53,686 nt of DNA from a virus. Its lineage: Duplodnaviria; Caudoviricetes. Position 1 is the first letter of the stretch, and every line of letters starts with the position of its first letter. The stretch is taken from IMG/VR virus record IMGVR_UViG_3300023261_000002, positions 1-53,686 of that record; one strand, 5' to 3'. Below the pieces are notes generated by a model, which was not told where the DNA came from, did no database searches, and saw nothing but the letters and a program-made list of their open reading frames with translations. Shown here piece by piece: positions 1 to 9,016 of the stretch. A program made the position numbers and the translations under genes.

Positions 1-127
1 CGCTATGGAACGGGCTTTGGGATGAGTGGATACCCGAACTACGTACTCAATTGCTACGACACGGGCAACTTTGGCGCGCTGCTTATCTCCTTGCCTGTGA
101 GCGAAGGATTCAACCTAACATACTCCA
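1..127. repeat. Terminal 127-bp direct repeat (copy 1); circular assembly overlap
   Basis: Identical to 53560-53686. Confidence 0.95.
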
Positions 128-1143
128 AAGTGTTAAACGATATTGGCACAATGGCCTTTACAGTCCCGGCAGATGGGCAAGATTGGAATACAATTTTTGC
201 CGATGACAATATCATAGACTTATTGAGAACTGACCCCAACGGAAACTTAGTTGTTGAGGAAAGTTACTTCGTGGTGCTAAGAGACCATTTCGTAGCGACT
301 GACGGGGATAGGTATGTCATTGGCGGGTATTCGTTGAATGAGTTGATTCGCCGCGCTGTAGTAGACCCTGCTGATGATAGCGTACAACCTAATGGTGGTT
401 TTGTCACCAAAGCAGGCGATGTTGTGCAAGTGGTTCGTGCCTACGTGCGAGAGAATATAGGCGATTTAGCCAGCGCCGCAAGAACAAGGCCGCGCTTTAG
501 TGTGCCTGTACAACCCAATACAGGTTCAAACATTGGGGCGAATTTGCGCTATGAGAACCTATGGGATGAAATGCAAAAGCTAGCCGTAGCAGGCGGCATA
601 GAACTCAACATCGTACACGATGGCAGTGGTAATATTGAGTTAGAGCTTGCCAGAATTGGCACAGATAGAAGCGTGACAACCAACCCAATTCCGCCCTATC
701 TGGTATTTGACCCAAGGCGCGGAAATTTGTTTAACCCCCGTTTGCTGATAGACCGCAAGCAAGAAAAGAATTTTTATTATGTTTTGGGCGAAGGGGATGG
801 CGCGAATCGCCCGATGATTCCCGTTGTTTCTACAGCCTCAAACGATACGATTTACGCTAGACGTGAAGCAACAGTTGATGCTAGAGATGCCTCGCGTGGT
901 GATACAACGGTTATGCTCACCAGTGGCGCGCAAGCCCTACTAGATAACCGCGCCGTGATTGAATTTTCTTTTGACATTCTACCTGATATTGATGGCTCTA
1001 TTTACCGCCGTGATTGGTTCTTTGGGGATACAGCGACCTTCATTTGGGATAATGTGCAGTACGATAGGCGCATTACAGAACTTGAAGTATCTTTAGATGA
1101 GTCGGGCGAAAATATGTCAATAAAACTCAGTGAGGTGCTCTAA
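22..1143 (+). CDS. Minor tail/baseplate hub protein (siphovirus ReqiPepy6 Gp37-like)
   Basis: Follows TMP across the junction; 373 aa; motifs 'YVLGEGDGANR', 'RREATVDAR', 'YRRDWFFGD..T'. Confidence 0.75.
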   Translation: MSGYPNYVLNCYDTGNFGALLISLPVSEGFNLTYSKVLNDIGTMAFTVPADGQDWNTIFADDNIIDLLRTDPNGNLVVEESYFVVLRDHFVATDGDRYVIGGYSLNELIRRAVVDPADDSVQPNGGFVTKAGDVVQVVRAYVRENIGDLASAARTRPRFSVPVQPNTGSNIGANLRYENLWDEMQKLAVAGGIELNIVHDGSGNIELELARIGTDRSVTTNPIPPYLVFDPRRGNLFNPRLLIDRKQEKNFYYVLGEGDGANRPMIPVVSTASNDTIYARREATVDARDASRGDTTVMLTSGAQALLDNRAVIEFSFDILPDIDGSIYRRDWFFGDTATFIWDNVQYDRRITELEVSLDESGENMSIKLSEVL

Positions 1144-1457
1144 TGGCCTATAAAGCAGGCGATGTTGTTAAGGCGCGTTTTGCCTTGCTGAAACAAGATT
1201 TATTACGCCAGCAGGCGCTCGTACAAGAACAGAAGCGCAAGACTGAACGCTCTATGATTGGTTGGAGTTTCAACAACTACGAACTTGCCACCGCGCCATT
1301 AGCGGCGCAAGGTATGACGGGCTATGCAGTGGCCTTTATCACGGATGGCAGAAAGCAAGGTGAAGGCGCTGGCAATGGGACTGGCGTGCCTTCGTATTAC
1401 GACCCTGATACCGATAGCTGGTTAAAATTCTCAACAGATACGGCGGTGCTAACATGA
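1143..1457 (+). CDS. Small tail-module protein
   Basis: Overlaps both neighbouring tail genes; N-terminal coiled coil. Confidence 0.6.
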   Translation: MAYKAGDVVKARFALLKQDLLRQQALVQEQKRKTERSMIGWSFNNYELATAPLAAQGMTGYAVAFITDGRKQGEGAGNGTGVPSYYDPDTDSWLKFSTDTAVLT

Positions 1458-2392
1458 AACTGAAACAAGGCGGCATAGAGGTTATTAGCTTGGAAACCCG
1501 TGATGGTATGAAATTACCGCTTAAAGGCGCGTGGCTAGATTTTGGCTTTTCTAACTTTGGCGCGGCAGCGATTGAATGGCAATCCCAAACAGGTTACAAG
1601 CGCAATGGTTCACGGATTATTGACTATCGCTTACTGGAGCGCCGTTTCAATGTCTTGCTCGGTGGGAGTGAAGTCAATAACCAGCGCTATGAATATTGGA
1701 ATCAACGGGCGGAGCTTTTGAATATCTTGCGGCCTAATCGTGGCACAGGGCACAACGAATTAACGCTTACCATTTCGCGCCTTGATGAGAACGGCAACCC
1801 TATCAAACGGGCGATTAATTGCGTTTATGAAAGCGGCGCAGAGTTTGAAGATTTTGACGAAGATAGCAACCAGTTTAGGGTAACCGCAGGCTTGCAGTTT
1901 ATTGCCAATAACCCACTATGGTTTAACCCTGCTTCAATTAGTTTGGAACTCGTTGCTAGCACGAGCGAAGATTTGGTTTTTCCGATTACCTTTCCCATTA
2001 TCTTTGGGGCAAGTGGTTCGGTATTTGCCACAGGTGCTTTAGATTATGAAGGCACATGGCGCGCATACCCAACTATTACCCTAGAAGGCCCGTATGAGAG
2101 CGCCCAATTAGTGGATAATGGCACAGGTGCAACGATTACAATGGGTGTACCGATTTCCGCAGGGGGAAGTCGCATTATTCGCTTATCCGAAAATGGTTTT
2201 GAGATTGTGGACAATCTTGGGAATAGTGCTTTCTCGGAATTGTCCAGCGATTCTAACCTAATTGATTTCTACATTCCCACAGTCGGGCAAGTGATTAGCG
2301 GCGGCTCACAGAGTATCACGGTAACGCTGGTTGGTGGGGATGGCAGTAGCGGCGTAACGATTGATTATGACGAGATGTATTATGGTATTTAA
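1454..2392 (+). CDS. Distal tail protein (Dit-like)
   Basis: 'LQFIANNPLW', 'FPITFPIIFG', 'YEGTWRAYPTITLEGP' are typical of Dit; 312 aa. Confidence 0.75.
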   Translation: MKLKQGGIEVISLETRDGMKLPLKGAWLDFGFSNFGAAAIEWQSQTGYKRNGSRIIDYRLLERRFNVLLGGSEVNNQRYEYWNQRAELLNILRPNRGTGHNELTLTISRLDENGNPIKRAINCVYESGAEFEDFDEDSNQFRVTAGLQFIANNPLWFNPASISLELVASTSEDLVFPITFPIIFGASGSVFATGALDYEGTWRAYPTITLEGPYESAQLVDNGTGATITMGVPISAGGSRIIRLSENGFEIVDNLGNSAFSELSSDSNLIDFYIPTVGQVISGGSQSITVTLVGGDGSSGVTIDYDEMYYGI

Positions 2393-2404
2393 GGGAGCTA
2401 ACTA

Positions 2405-3562
2405 ATGGTTACACCGACTGAGCGAAGCATACCCTTTGATGGAACTGGGGCAGATGCAGGCCCATACGACAGCGATTATTTTGGCAGAATGCTAGAGGCC
2501 ATGATTGGTAGCTATACGCGCCGCACAACAGCAGGTATTTTGCTAGGTGTAGGTGATGGCACAAACGAAAGCTTGCTAGTGACTGAAACTAGCCCAGCTT
2601 CTTTGGGCGTAACGGTTTACACAGGTTGGGCGGTAGTGAATGGTAGAATGTATCAATTGACAGCGGATACAACCGTTTCTATTCCACAAAATACCGATGG
2701 CAGTGGTGATGACCGCATTGATTCAATTGTGGCACAACTCAATATTACCAATCGCGAGATTAGGCTTGTCGATAGGCAAGGGACTGTAGCGCCGTCTCCT
2801 GTAGCGCCTACGCTTACCCAAACCTCAACGGTCTGGGAGATACGCCTTGCTAACGTGCTTGTGCAAAATCTGGCAATACAGATAGACAATGCCGATATTG
2901 ATACCACAGTACGCGCCTATGCCCGTCAAACATTGGTAAAAGAGGGCGGATTAGCGCCGCTAACATCAGTTGCCGATGGTGAGCTCCCAATGGGAATTAG
3001 TGCCGATAATTACGGCCTTATACCTGCTATTTCCGACTTCGCTTGGCTTATTGGTGACAGCGCCAAAAGCCCGAAAGCACGCTTTGTTTCGATGCAGCCG
3101 CATATTATTGGAGGGAATACGGGGGTTGCATTGGGCACAAGCGCGGCAGGAACGGTTATTCCACTAGCCTCTCCTGCTGTTCTAAACCCGAATAGCTGGA
3201 TTTCATCCATTGCATCCAATCAATTCTTTCTAACGGCGGGTTATTATCTAATCTCGGCTATTTGTTGGATAGAGAATGTTTCAGGCGCAGCGCGTAATAA
3301 TTTAATCTGGATACACAACGCCACTACAACCGCCGTTGCCGCTGAGGGTATAACCTCAGTGGGGAAAACCATTGCTGAGAATAGCTATCCTGCTTTTATC
3401 AATCGGCAGGTTGTACAGAGCAATGGAACAGATGCCTTTGAACTTAGAGGTTTTTCAAGCGGCGCGCTTACGAACGCGGTTGCAGGGCAATTGACACCGA
3501 GCCTGACGGGCGGCGTTGCATCGTTCCCACGCCAAATCTTTATTCAGAAAATCAAGATATAA
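2405..3562 (+). CDS. Minor tail/baseplate protein, possible receptor-binding C-terminus
   Basis: 'GWAVVNGR', 'DRIDSIV', 'PVAPTLTQT..VWEIRLA' resemble actinophage-type minor tail N-domains; beta-rich C-terminus. Confidence 0.7.
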   Translation: MVTPTERSIPFDGTGADAGPYDSDYFGRMLEAMIGSYTRRTTAGILLGVGDGTNESLLVTETSPASLGVTVYTGWAVVNGRMYQLTADTTVSIPQNTDGSGDDRIDSIVAQLNITNREIRLVDRQGTVAPSPVAPTLTQTSTVWEIRLANVLVQNLAIQIDNADIDTTVRAYARQTLVKEGGLAPLTSVADGELPMGISADNYGLIPAISDFAWLIGDSAKSPKARFVSMQPHIIGGNTGVALGTSAAGTVIPLASPAVLNPNSWISSIASNQFFLTAGYYLISAICWIENVSGAARNNLIWIHNATTTAVAAEGITSVGKTIAENSYPAFINRQVVQSNGTDAFELRGFSSGALTNAVAGQLTPSLTGGVASFPRQIFIQKIKI

Positions 3563-3573
3563 GGAGCATTCTC

Positions 3574-4065
3574 ATGCCTGAATTATGGCAAGCACTCACA
3601 AAAGGCGGTTATGAAGTTGCTTTACATTATCAGATTCGCAAAGACTACCCAGCTAACCCCCTTGCGGACAGTCTCGAATGGTATCATCCAAGCGATGCCT
3701 ACCCAACTCAAATACAGGTAGATGCTTGGATGGCACTGGTTCAAGCTGAGGAAACAGCCCAAAGCAATCTAAACACCGCCCAAAGCGGCCTAAAAGACAA
3801 AGCAGCTTTAGCTAAAACCTATGCGAGCGAAATTAAAACGCTATGGAATGTTTGTCTTGACCAGCTTGAAACAAATAGCTCGCACCCGACAAGGTTTAAC
3901 GCAGTCAAGGCGGCGGTGGATGCTTTGCCGACTGCCTTAAAGAATCGCGTCAACAAAGGCACGCCAGACCCCCTTAACGCCTCAACAGATGTGTTAAGGG
4001 ATGCTTATGTTGACCATGTTCATTTGGTTGCTGTTTCGCTGGCATTGTTATTATCGCGTGCCTGA
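3574..4065 (+). CDS. Hypothetical protein (possible tail fibre chaperone)
   Basis: RBS AAGGAG; lies directly after the minor tail gene. Confidence 0.5.
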   Translation: MPELWQALTKGGYEVALHYQIRKDYPANPLADSLEWYHPSDAYPTQIQVDAWMALVQAEETAQSNLNTAQSGLKDKAALAKTYASEIKTLWNVCLDQLETNSSHPTRFNAVKAAVDALPTALKNRVNKGTPDPLNASTDVLRDAYVDHVHLVAVSLALLLSRA

Positions 4066-4066
4066 A

Positions 4067-4131
4067 TGCAAATTCCAGCTTCCAAGCGGCTAAAGCTCTC
4101 TCCTTAGTTTGTTTGGTAGCTGCAATTTGTG
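4067..4131 (+). other. Long intergenic RNA hairpin with CU-rich (anti-SD-like) loop
   Basis: Arms GCAAATT-CAGCT-CCAAGCGGCTAA / TTAGTTTGTTTGG-AGCTG-AATTTGT with G:U pairs; apex CTCTCTCCT. Confidence 0.6.
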
Positions 4132-4163
4132 CTTAGGGATTGACACTTAGCAAGGGACAAGTC

Positions 4164-6098
4164 ATGAAACTAATCCGTAGGTATAGATATTTTTCGGGCG
4201 GCAGGCCTGCTATTAGCGTTTCGCCTAGTTCATGGGACTTCGGTGCTACGTCTGTTGGCACGCCTGTTACAAAAGAGTTCACAATTCAAAATACGGGCAC
4301 GGCAACGCTTACCATTGGTGATAGAAGCTACCCAAGTGGTTATAGCGAATCCGTTGCCTTGAGCAGCGCGAGTTTAGCGCCCGGTGCTAGCGCCACATTC
4401 ACGGTGCAAGCGACTGCGGTAACGGGGCAAATATTTAGTGGCAATATTTCGATTGCGAGTAATGCGGCGAGTAGCCCGACACTGGTAGCGGTTACAGTGA
4501 ACGTGACGCATCTGTTTGAGGATGAGTTTATCACCGCAGATGCCGCGCCACTCACTAGCCCACGCACTGCTGAACCGGGGCCGGGTAGCTGGACAGTAAC
4601 CAATGGCGCTAATTTGTCCATTAGTAATGGAAAGCTAGTGCGTTCAGGTACGGCAACATTGGCCTCTGTTGCCACTTACGCACGAACGAATCTAGCTTTT
4701 TACATGCGCCACTTAGCAACCGCTGCCGATGGGGCTTTAATTGGCTTCTCTGCAAATGGTATCCATTTACAAAGCGGCCTTACCATCGGCATTGCATCAG
4801 CTGCGCCAACAACAGTCGGAACGGGGATTTTTGTCTTTATAGATGGCCTATTCCCCAACTCTTGGGTTGATGTATTAGTGATTGAGCGCCCTTCAGGCGG
4901 TGTTTGGATGTACTTGCGCGGCGCGAATTATGGGCGTTGGCAGTTGGTTTGGGTATCTATAGCTGAAACGTCTACTCCCCTTTATGCTTTTTACAAAGGC
5001 GCAGTTGGTGACGTTGGGTTGTCGGACGATGCGTTTCTAACTCTCGCTCCTAGCGAATTTTTAAGCCAATTTGGGAATGCTTTGCACTATGAAGCTTCCC
5101 CCGTTGCAGGCTTAACAAGCGCGGCGGCAAAGGTATTTCAAGAGATAAGCTGGACACCTGCTAGCGCTGAAATCCTTGAGATGACCTTAAACGAAGTTGA
5201 CTCAAACAATAAGATTATTCTGCGCTGTAATCAAGCAGGCTCAACAATTGCCCTGATTAGCAAAGTCGCAGGCGTAGAAACAAGTTTGCAAAGCGCCGCG
5301 CAGACGTGGACAATTGGTAGCCCATACCGCGTGATTATGGTCAATCATCATTACTTGGGCGGTACACGCCTTAATGCTGTGGTGAACAACAATACGCTTT
5401 TAGCCGTTGCCTCTCCGATTACCCCCACAATGGCTTATGCGACAGGCTGTAGAATATCAGGATTCACAACGGCTACCGACTGGGCTGTCTGGCAAGTTGA
5501 ACCAATAGAATTGCCTGCGCCATTTAGTGACACGGGTTTTAGTCAGTTCTGGACATACGGCGATAGTAAAACCGATGCTTACAAGGTACAGGCGCGTTTA
5601 ACGACATTACTTGAGGACGATAGCGGTAATCGCTGGATTTACGATAGCGTGGCACGTTCAGGCTATACGGTTGCATTGCAAGCTGCACAAATTGCCACCG
5701 ACTTGGCAAATGTTGCGAGTTCGGTCAATCCGTCTTTTGTGATAATTAATCTAGGTAGTAATGACGCAGGGTCTTTGCCATCAGAAGCGACTTGGAAAGC
5801 CAATTATCGCATTATCATCGAGGCGATACACGCCAAATGGTCTAACGCCACAATCTATCTTGCCAAGCCTGTGCGATTATCAGGTGCGCCACCGAGTACA
5901 CCCGTTGCGGCGGTTGCTACCATGCACGGTTACATCGATGGACTTATTGCTGAGTATGCGTATGTCGAAGAAGGGTTTGATGAAATAGACCTCGAAAACG
6001 GCGATGGATACGTGACCTATTTAGCGGATATTACGCATCCGAATAATGCAGGTTACGCGCAATGTGCTGTTTTACAAATGACAGCAATGGGCTTGTGA
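4164..6098 (+). CDS. Ig-like (ASH/choice-of-anchor-D-like) + beta-sandwich + SGNH/GDSL esterase; probably virion-associated
   Basis: N-terminal 'ISVSPSSWDFG..FTIQNTGTATLTI'; SGNH blocks 'YGDSKT', 'LGSND', 'DITHPN'; ATG 4164 preferred over TTG 4140. Confidence 0.75.
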   Translation: MKLIRRYRYFSGGRPAISVSPSSWDFGATSVGTPVTKEFTIQNTGTATLTIGDRSYPSGYSESVALSSASLAPGASATFTVQATAVTGQIFSGNISIASNAASSPTLVAVTVNVTHLFEDEFITADAAPLTSPRTAEPGPGSWTVTNGANLSISNGKLVRSGTATLASVATYARTNLAFYMRHLATAADGALIGFSANGIHLQSGLTIGIASAAPTTVGTGIFVFIDGLFPNSWVDVLVIERPSGGVWMYLRGANYGRWQLVWVSIAETSTPLYAFYKGAVGDVGLSDDAFLTLAPSEFLSQFGNALHYEASPVAGLTSAAAKVFQEISWTPASAEILEMTLNEVDSNNKIILRCNQAGSTIALISKVAGVETSLQSAAQTWTIGSPYRVIMVNHHYLGGTRLNAVVNNNTLLAVASPITPTMAYATGCRISGFTTATDWAVWQVEPIELPAPFSDTGFSQFWTYGDSKTDAYKVQARLTTLLEDDSGNRWIYDSVARSGYTVALQAAQIATDLANVASSVNPSFVIINLGSNDAGSLPSEATWKANYRIIIEAIHAKWSNATIYLAKPVRLSGAPPSTPVAAVATMHGYIDGLIAEYAYVEEGFDEIDLENGDGYVTYLADITHPNNAGYAQCAVLQMTAMGL

Positions 6099-6148
6099 TA
6101 GCTTCGCTAACTGTTGGTATAAGGCTCATTCTATAAGGCGAGGAAACG

Positions 6149-6559
6149 ATGAAAGACAATCTAACCATATCCAATTTCGTACTCGCCTTCGCTATCGTCT
6201 TTCTGCTACTACTTTTCGTCTATCTGGATGGCACAGAGGCAAGTGAGGCACGTTTGCGCTATACCCTAATTGACAAGCGCGCCTCATTCCTATTCAGCAA
6301 TTATGATAGCTTGCCATTCACAATTAATCGTGAAATGTGCTGGAACGATGTTCAAGGCTTTTGTGATGTTGAAGGAAGTACGGACGAGCTTTACACTCTG
6401 ATTGACTGGCAGATGCAAGCCTACGGCGCAATATACGAAGATGAAAGCGGTGCGTGTTTCTGGTGGATGTATCAAGCGGAGTGGGGCGAAGACGGCAATC
6501 CACACGTTGCAGAGCATTATTGGATTACTTGCCCGACATTAGATATTCCAGAGCTTTAG
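6149..6559 (+). CDS. Hypothetical exported/membrane protein
   Basis: Hydrophobic N-terminal signal or TM segment; RBS GAGGA; upstream TGGTATAAG. Confidence 0.6.
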   Translation: MKDNLTISNFVLAFAIVFLLLLFVYLDGTEASEARLRYTLIDKRASFLFSNYDSLPFTINREMCWNDVQGFCDVEGSTDELYTLIDWQMQAYGAIYEDESGACFWWMYQAEWGEDGNPHVAEHYWITCPTLDIPEL

Positions 6560-6573
6560 CTAGTCAGTAGGGC

Positions 6574-6648
6574 TAGATGCCTTACTTAGAGCATGTTAGC
6601 GGCGGCGCTATCCCCTCCGTTGTTAGCATGTTCTAAGTAGCGCGTCTA
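6574..6648 (+). other. About 30-bp RNA hairpin with anti-SD loop
   Basis: Stem 6583-6605/6617-6639 plus 6574-6580/6642-6648; loop CGCTATCCCCT. Confidence 0.75.
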
Positions 6649-6680
6649 CACAAAAACGAATACAATAAGGGGATAGGATT

Positions 6681-7439
6681 ATGTCATGGAGTGCATTCTT
6701 GGAAACAATACCACCTGAAACGATGCTAGGGTTTACCATAACATTCGTTGGGATAATTTTTGCTGCTTTAGGTGGCGCAGGCGTTTTATTTCGCAACTGG
6801 TTTTTAGGCCGTTTGGAGATGGAACGTAAAACGAACGAACAGGCGATAGAAACCGCAAAAGCGAAAGTTGACTTGGATAGGCTTGATATTCAAAATCAGC
6901 TTGACCAGACCCAAAGCAGTCGTGAAATGCTACGTTTGCAAATGTCGGATAATGCCGAAAACCGCAAGGCTTTTCTCTCATTACTGGATACTATGCGTCA
7001 GGATATGAATTTACGTGATGCCCAACACGAGAAACACTTGGGCGAAATTACAGCCTCTTTTCGTGGTATTGAGGGTTTAGCCGCAAGCACTCTGGAATTG
7101 CTAAAAAGCAGTAAGGAGACGGGTGAGGCCATGAGTATCGGGCAGCGCAAAGTTTTAGACCAGAATGAGGAAACCCATCGCAAGCTAACCGAAATTACCA
7201 GCGATGTAGCGGCTATTGTGATAAAGCTAGAAAGTTTAACTGTTGGGCGTGCTGGCGATAGGCGCGTGATAGAAGAAATTCAGACATCGCTTTCTCAGTT
7301 ATTGAAAGTAGTCACCCAACTGGATAGCGCAAATTTGAAAATCGCTGTTTCTACAGCGCTAGAGAAAACCCAACCGCTTGAGATAAACGAAGTGACAGAA
7401 CAAAACAAAGAGTTTCAGGGGAAGCATGAGGGGCAATAA
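6681..7439 (+). CDS. Single-TM coiled-coil membrane protein (possible lysis accessory)
   Basis: TM at about aa 15-37, then a long coiled coil; RBS AGGGGA. Confidence 0.55.
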   Translation: MSWSAFLETIPPETMLGFTITFVGIIFAALGGAGVLFRNWFLGRLEMERKTNEQAIETAKAKVDLDRLDIQNQLDQTQSSREMLRLQMSDNAENRKAFLSLLDTMRQDMNLRDAQHEKHLGEITASFRGIEGLAASTLELLKSSKETGEAMSIGQRKVLDQNEETHRKLTEITSDVAAIVIKLESLTVGRAGDRRVIEEIQTSLSQLLKVVTQLDSANLKIAVSTALEKTQPLEINEVTEQNKEFQGKHEGQ

Positions 7440-7450
7440 GCCCCTCTTAA

Positions 7451-7966
7451 TCACTCAAATCTAGCAAATTCCCCATGATATTTGATAGCCGCTTTGCAGT
7501 ACGCTTCGTAAGCCTCTTGGGGTGTATCGAAATATCCGAGAGCGATTTTCTTTTTATTCACGTTGATTTGCGCCTTATACTTACCATTAGGATGTAAGTA
7601 AACCCCTTTATACCCACATTTGTTATTGCTGCAAATTTTCCGATTTGCCATATTTTGGCCGTTAGTTGCCAGTCTAAGATTTTCTCTGCGATTATCTAGC
7701 CCATTTAGGTTAATATGGTCAACCATCTCGCCTTTTTTGAGTTTGCGCCCCAACATTCGCTCCATAATAACGCGATGAATCCGAACTGTTTGTCTTCTAT
7801 TGATGGAAATACGTACTAGACGTTTTGCATATTGGACATTCACACCTTTTACAGCTAAAACACTCCAATCTACCTCTGCCAAATCCGCATCGCAATCATC
7901 CACTATTGTCACATATTTGCCGAAATTCTTTTTAGCTGTTTTGCCTAACACGATTTCTATAACCAT
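7451..7966 (-). CDS. HNH homing endonuclease with C-terminal AP2 domain
   Basis: 'VDHINLNGLDNRRENLRLAT..QN' HNH motif; 'GYKGVY..YKAQI..LGYFDTPQEA..AY..AA' AP2 motif. Confidence 0.92.
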   Translation of the reverse strand: MVIEIVLGKTAKKNFGKYVTIVDDCDADLAEVDWSVLAVKGVNVQYAKRLVRISINRRQTVRIHRVIMERMLGRKLKKGEMVDHINLNGLDNRRENLRLATNGQNMANRKICSNNKCGYKGVYLHPNGKYKAQINVNKKKIALGYFDTPQEAYEAYCKAAIKYHGEFARFE

Positions 7967-8202
7967 TTCTTGCCTATCCTTTGATTAAGATGTACAATGG
8001 ATAGCATAAAGCCTTCCTCAAAATTGGCTTATTGCGAACGCGCCCCTAAGCGCGTTTTTGCTTTATGCTACAGTCTAATTATAGCAGAAAACTGTGTTAT
8101 ACTCAAATAAAATCAGTAGAAATCTATTTTGCTGATTATCGCGCTTATGCGCCTCTTGAGCTTGCCCGTTTAACTATCCAATTAGAACAAAGGAAACTAC
8201 CA

Positions 8203-8721
8203 ATGACTAAAAACCACGCTGTATTCTTTATCCTTATCCTTGTGCTATTCGCCCTCCCCTTTGCTGCTATGGCGCAGGAAGGCGAAATTGCGCCTGCCGA
8301 TGAGGTAGCATTGTTTGCTATCCCTCCGATTTTGCTAGGCTTGATGACACTGAATAACCGCAGTACAGAAGCACTTAAGCTATATCTCGCAAGCGCTAAG
8401 TTACCATTCACGCCCCCTGCCGATGTTCGTAGCTTACTTGTCCTTTTATTCTCTATTGTCTTTGGGATGGCAAGCGCCGCCGTTACACCTACTGCCCTAG
8501 ATTGGTTAGGTGCTTCCTTCAATCCGATTGCCGCCGTTGTGGTGACGGGCTTTGTTGTATCGCTCGGTGCTGCTGCTTTCCAGATGGTTATGAGCTTGCT
8601 TGCAGGCTTGGGTAACAAATCGGTATATTCGACAACAACTACAATTAGCGCCCCACCTGCTGACAGCGCCGCGCCTAAAGAGGCTATGGCTGCTGTATCG
8701 GCACAAGTGGCAAAAGGTTAA
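8203..8721 (+). CDS. Multi-pass membrane protein, holin-like
   Basis: Signal-like N-terminus plus about 3 TM segments; AAGGA RBS before ATG 8203. Confidence 0.55.
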   Translation: MTKNHAVFFILILVLFALPFAAMAQEGEIAPADEVALFAIPPILLGLMTLNNRSTEALKLYLASAKLPFTPPADVRSLLVLLFSIVFGMASAAVTPTALDWLGASFNPIAAVVVTGFVVSLGAAAFQMVMSLLAGLGNKSVYSTTTTISAPPADSAAPKEAMAAVSAQVAKG

Positions 8722-8726
8722 ACAGA

Positions 8727-8756
8727 AAGACCCCTCACAATGAGGGGTCTTTTTTG
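8727..8756. terminator. Bidirectional rho-independent terminator
   Basis: AAAGACCCCTCA-CAA-TGAGGGGTCTTTTTT between convergent units. Confidence 0.85.
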
Positions 8757-8765
8757 ATTCTAGTA

Positions 8766-8840
8766 TAGGCCGTTTCGGAATTGCACCGACTACTTAGCGG
8801 CGATTCCCTCCGCATTACGTCACTTTGACGACCCTAGCCT
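8766..8840 (-). ncRNA. Degenerate tRNA-like element A
   Basis: Minus strand: AGGCU/GGCCU stem, CGUCA-AAG-UGACG hairpin, GCGG..CCGC arm, T-arm UCGG-UGCAAUU-CCGA. Confidence 0.4.
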
Positions 8841-8906
8841 GTAGTCTAGCCTCATCCACTTGCTAGCTCACGTCTCTCCGATTGACTGCTGAGAGCTTCC
8901 TCCTTG

Positions 8907-8977
8907 CGATGAATACGGGATTTGAACCCGTGACTCCACTTAGACAGAGTGGTGTTTTACCCCTAAACCAATTCACC
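8907..8977 (-). tRNA. tRNA-Asp (GTC)
   Basis: Cloverleaf GGTGAAT/ATTCATC, D GTTT/AAAC, anticodon arm CCACT-CTGTCTA-AGTGG, T ACGGG-TTCAAAT-CCCGT, discriminator G; CCA not encoded; unusual U37. Confidence 0.88.
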
Positions 8978-8978
8978 G

Positions 8979-9013
8979 TACACATTGCAGGGAATTGAAC
9001 CCTAACGGCGTGC
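8979..9013 (-). ncRNA. T-arm minihelix (tRNA fragment-like)
   Basis: Minus strand: GCACG..TAGGG-TTCAATT-CCCTG..TGTGT. Confidence 0.35.
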
Positions 9014-9016
9014 TAA

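Noticed and set aside
409-1168. 17-bp repeat AAAGCAGGCGATGTTGT (409-425, 1152-1168; KAGDVV)
   Set aside because: Only two short copies in coding sequence, with no other support for a function
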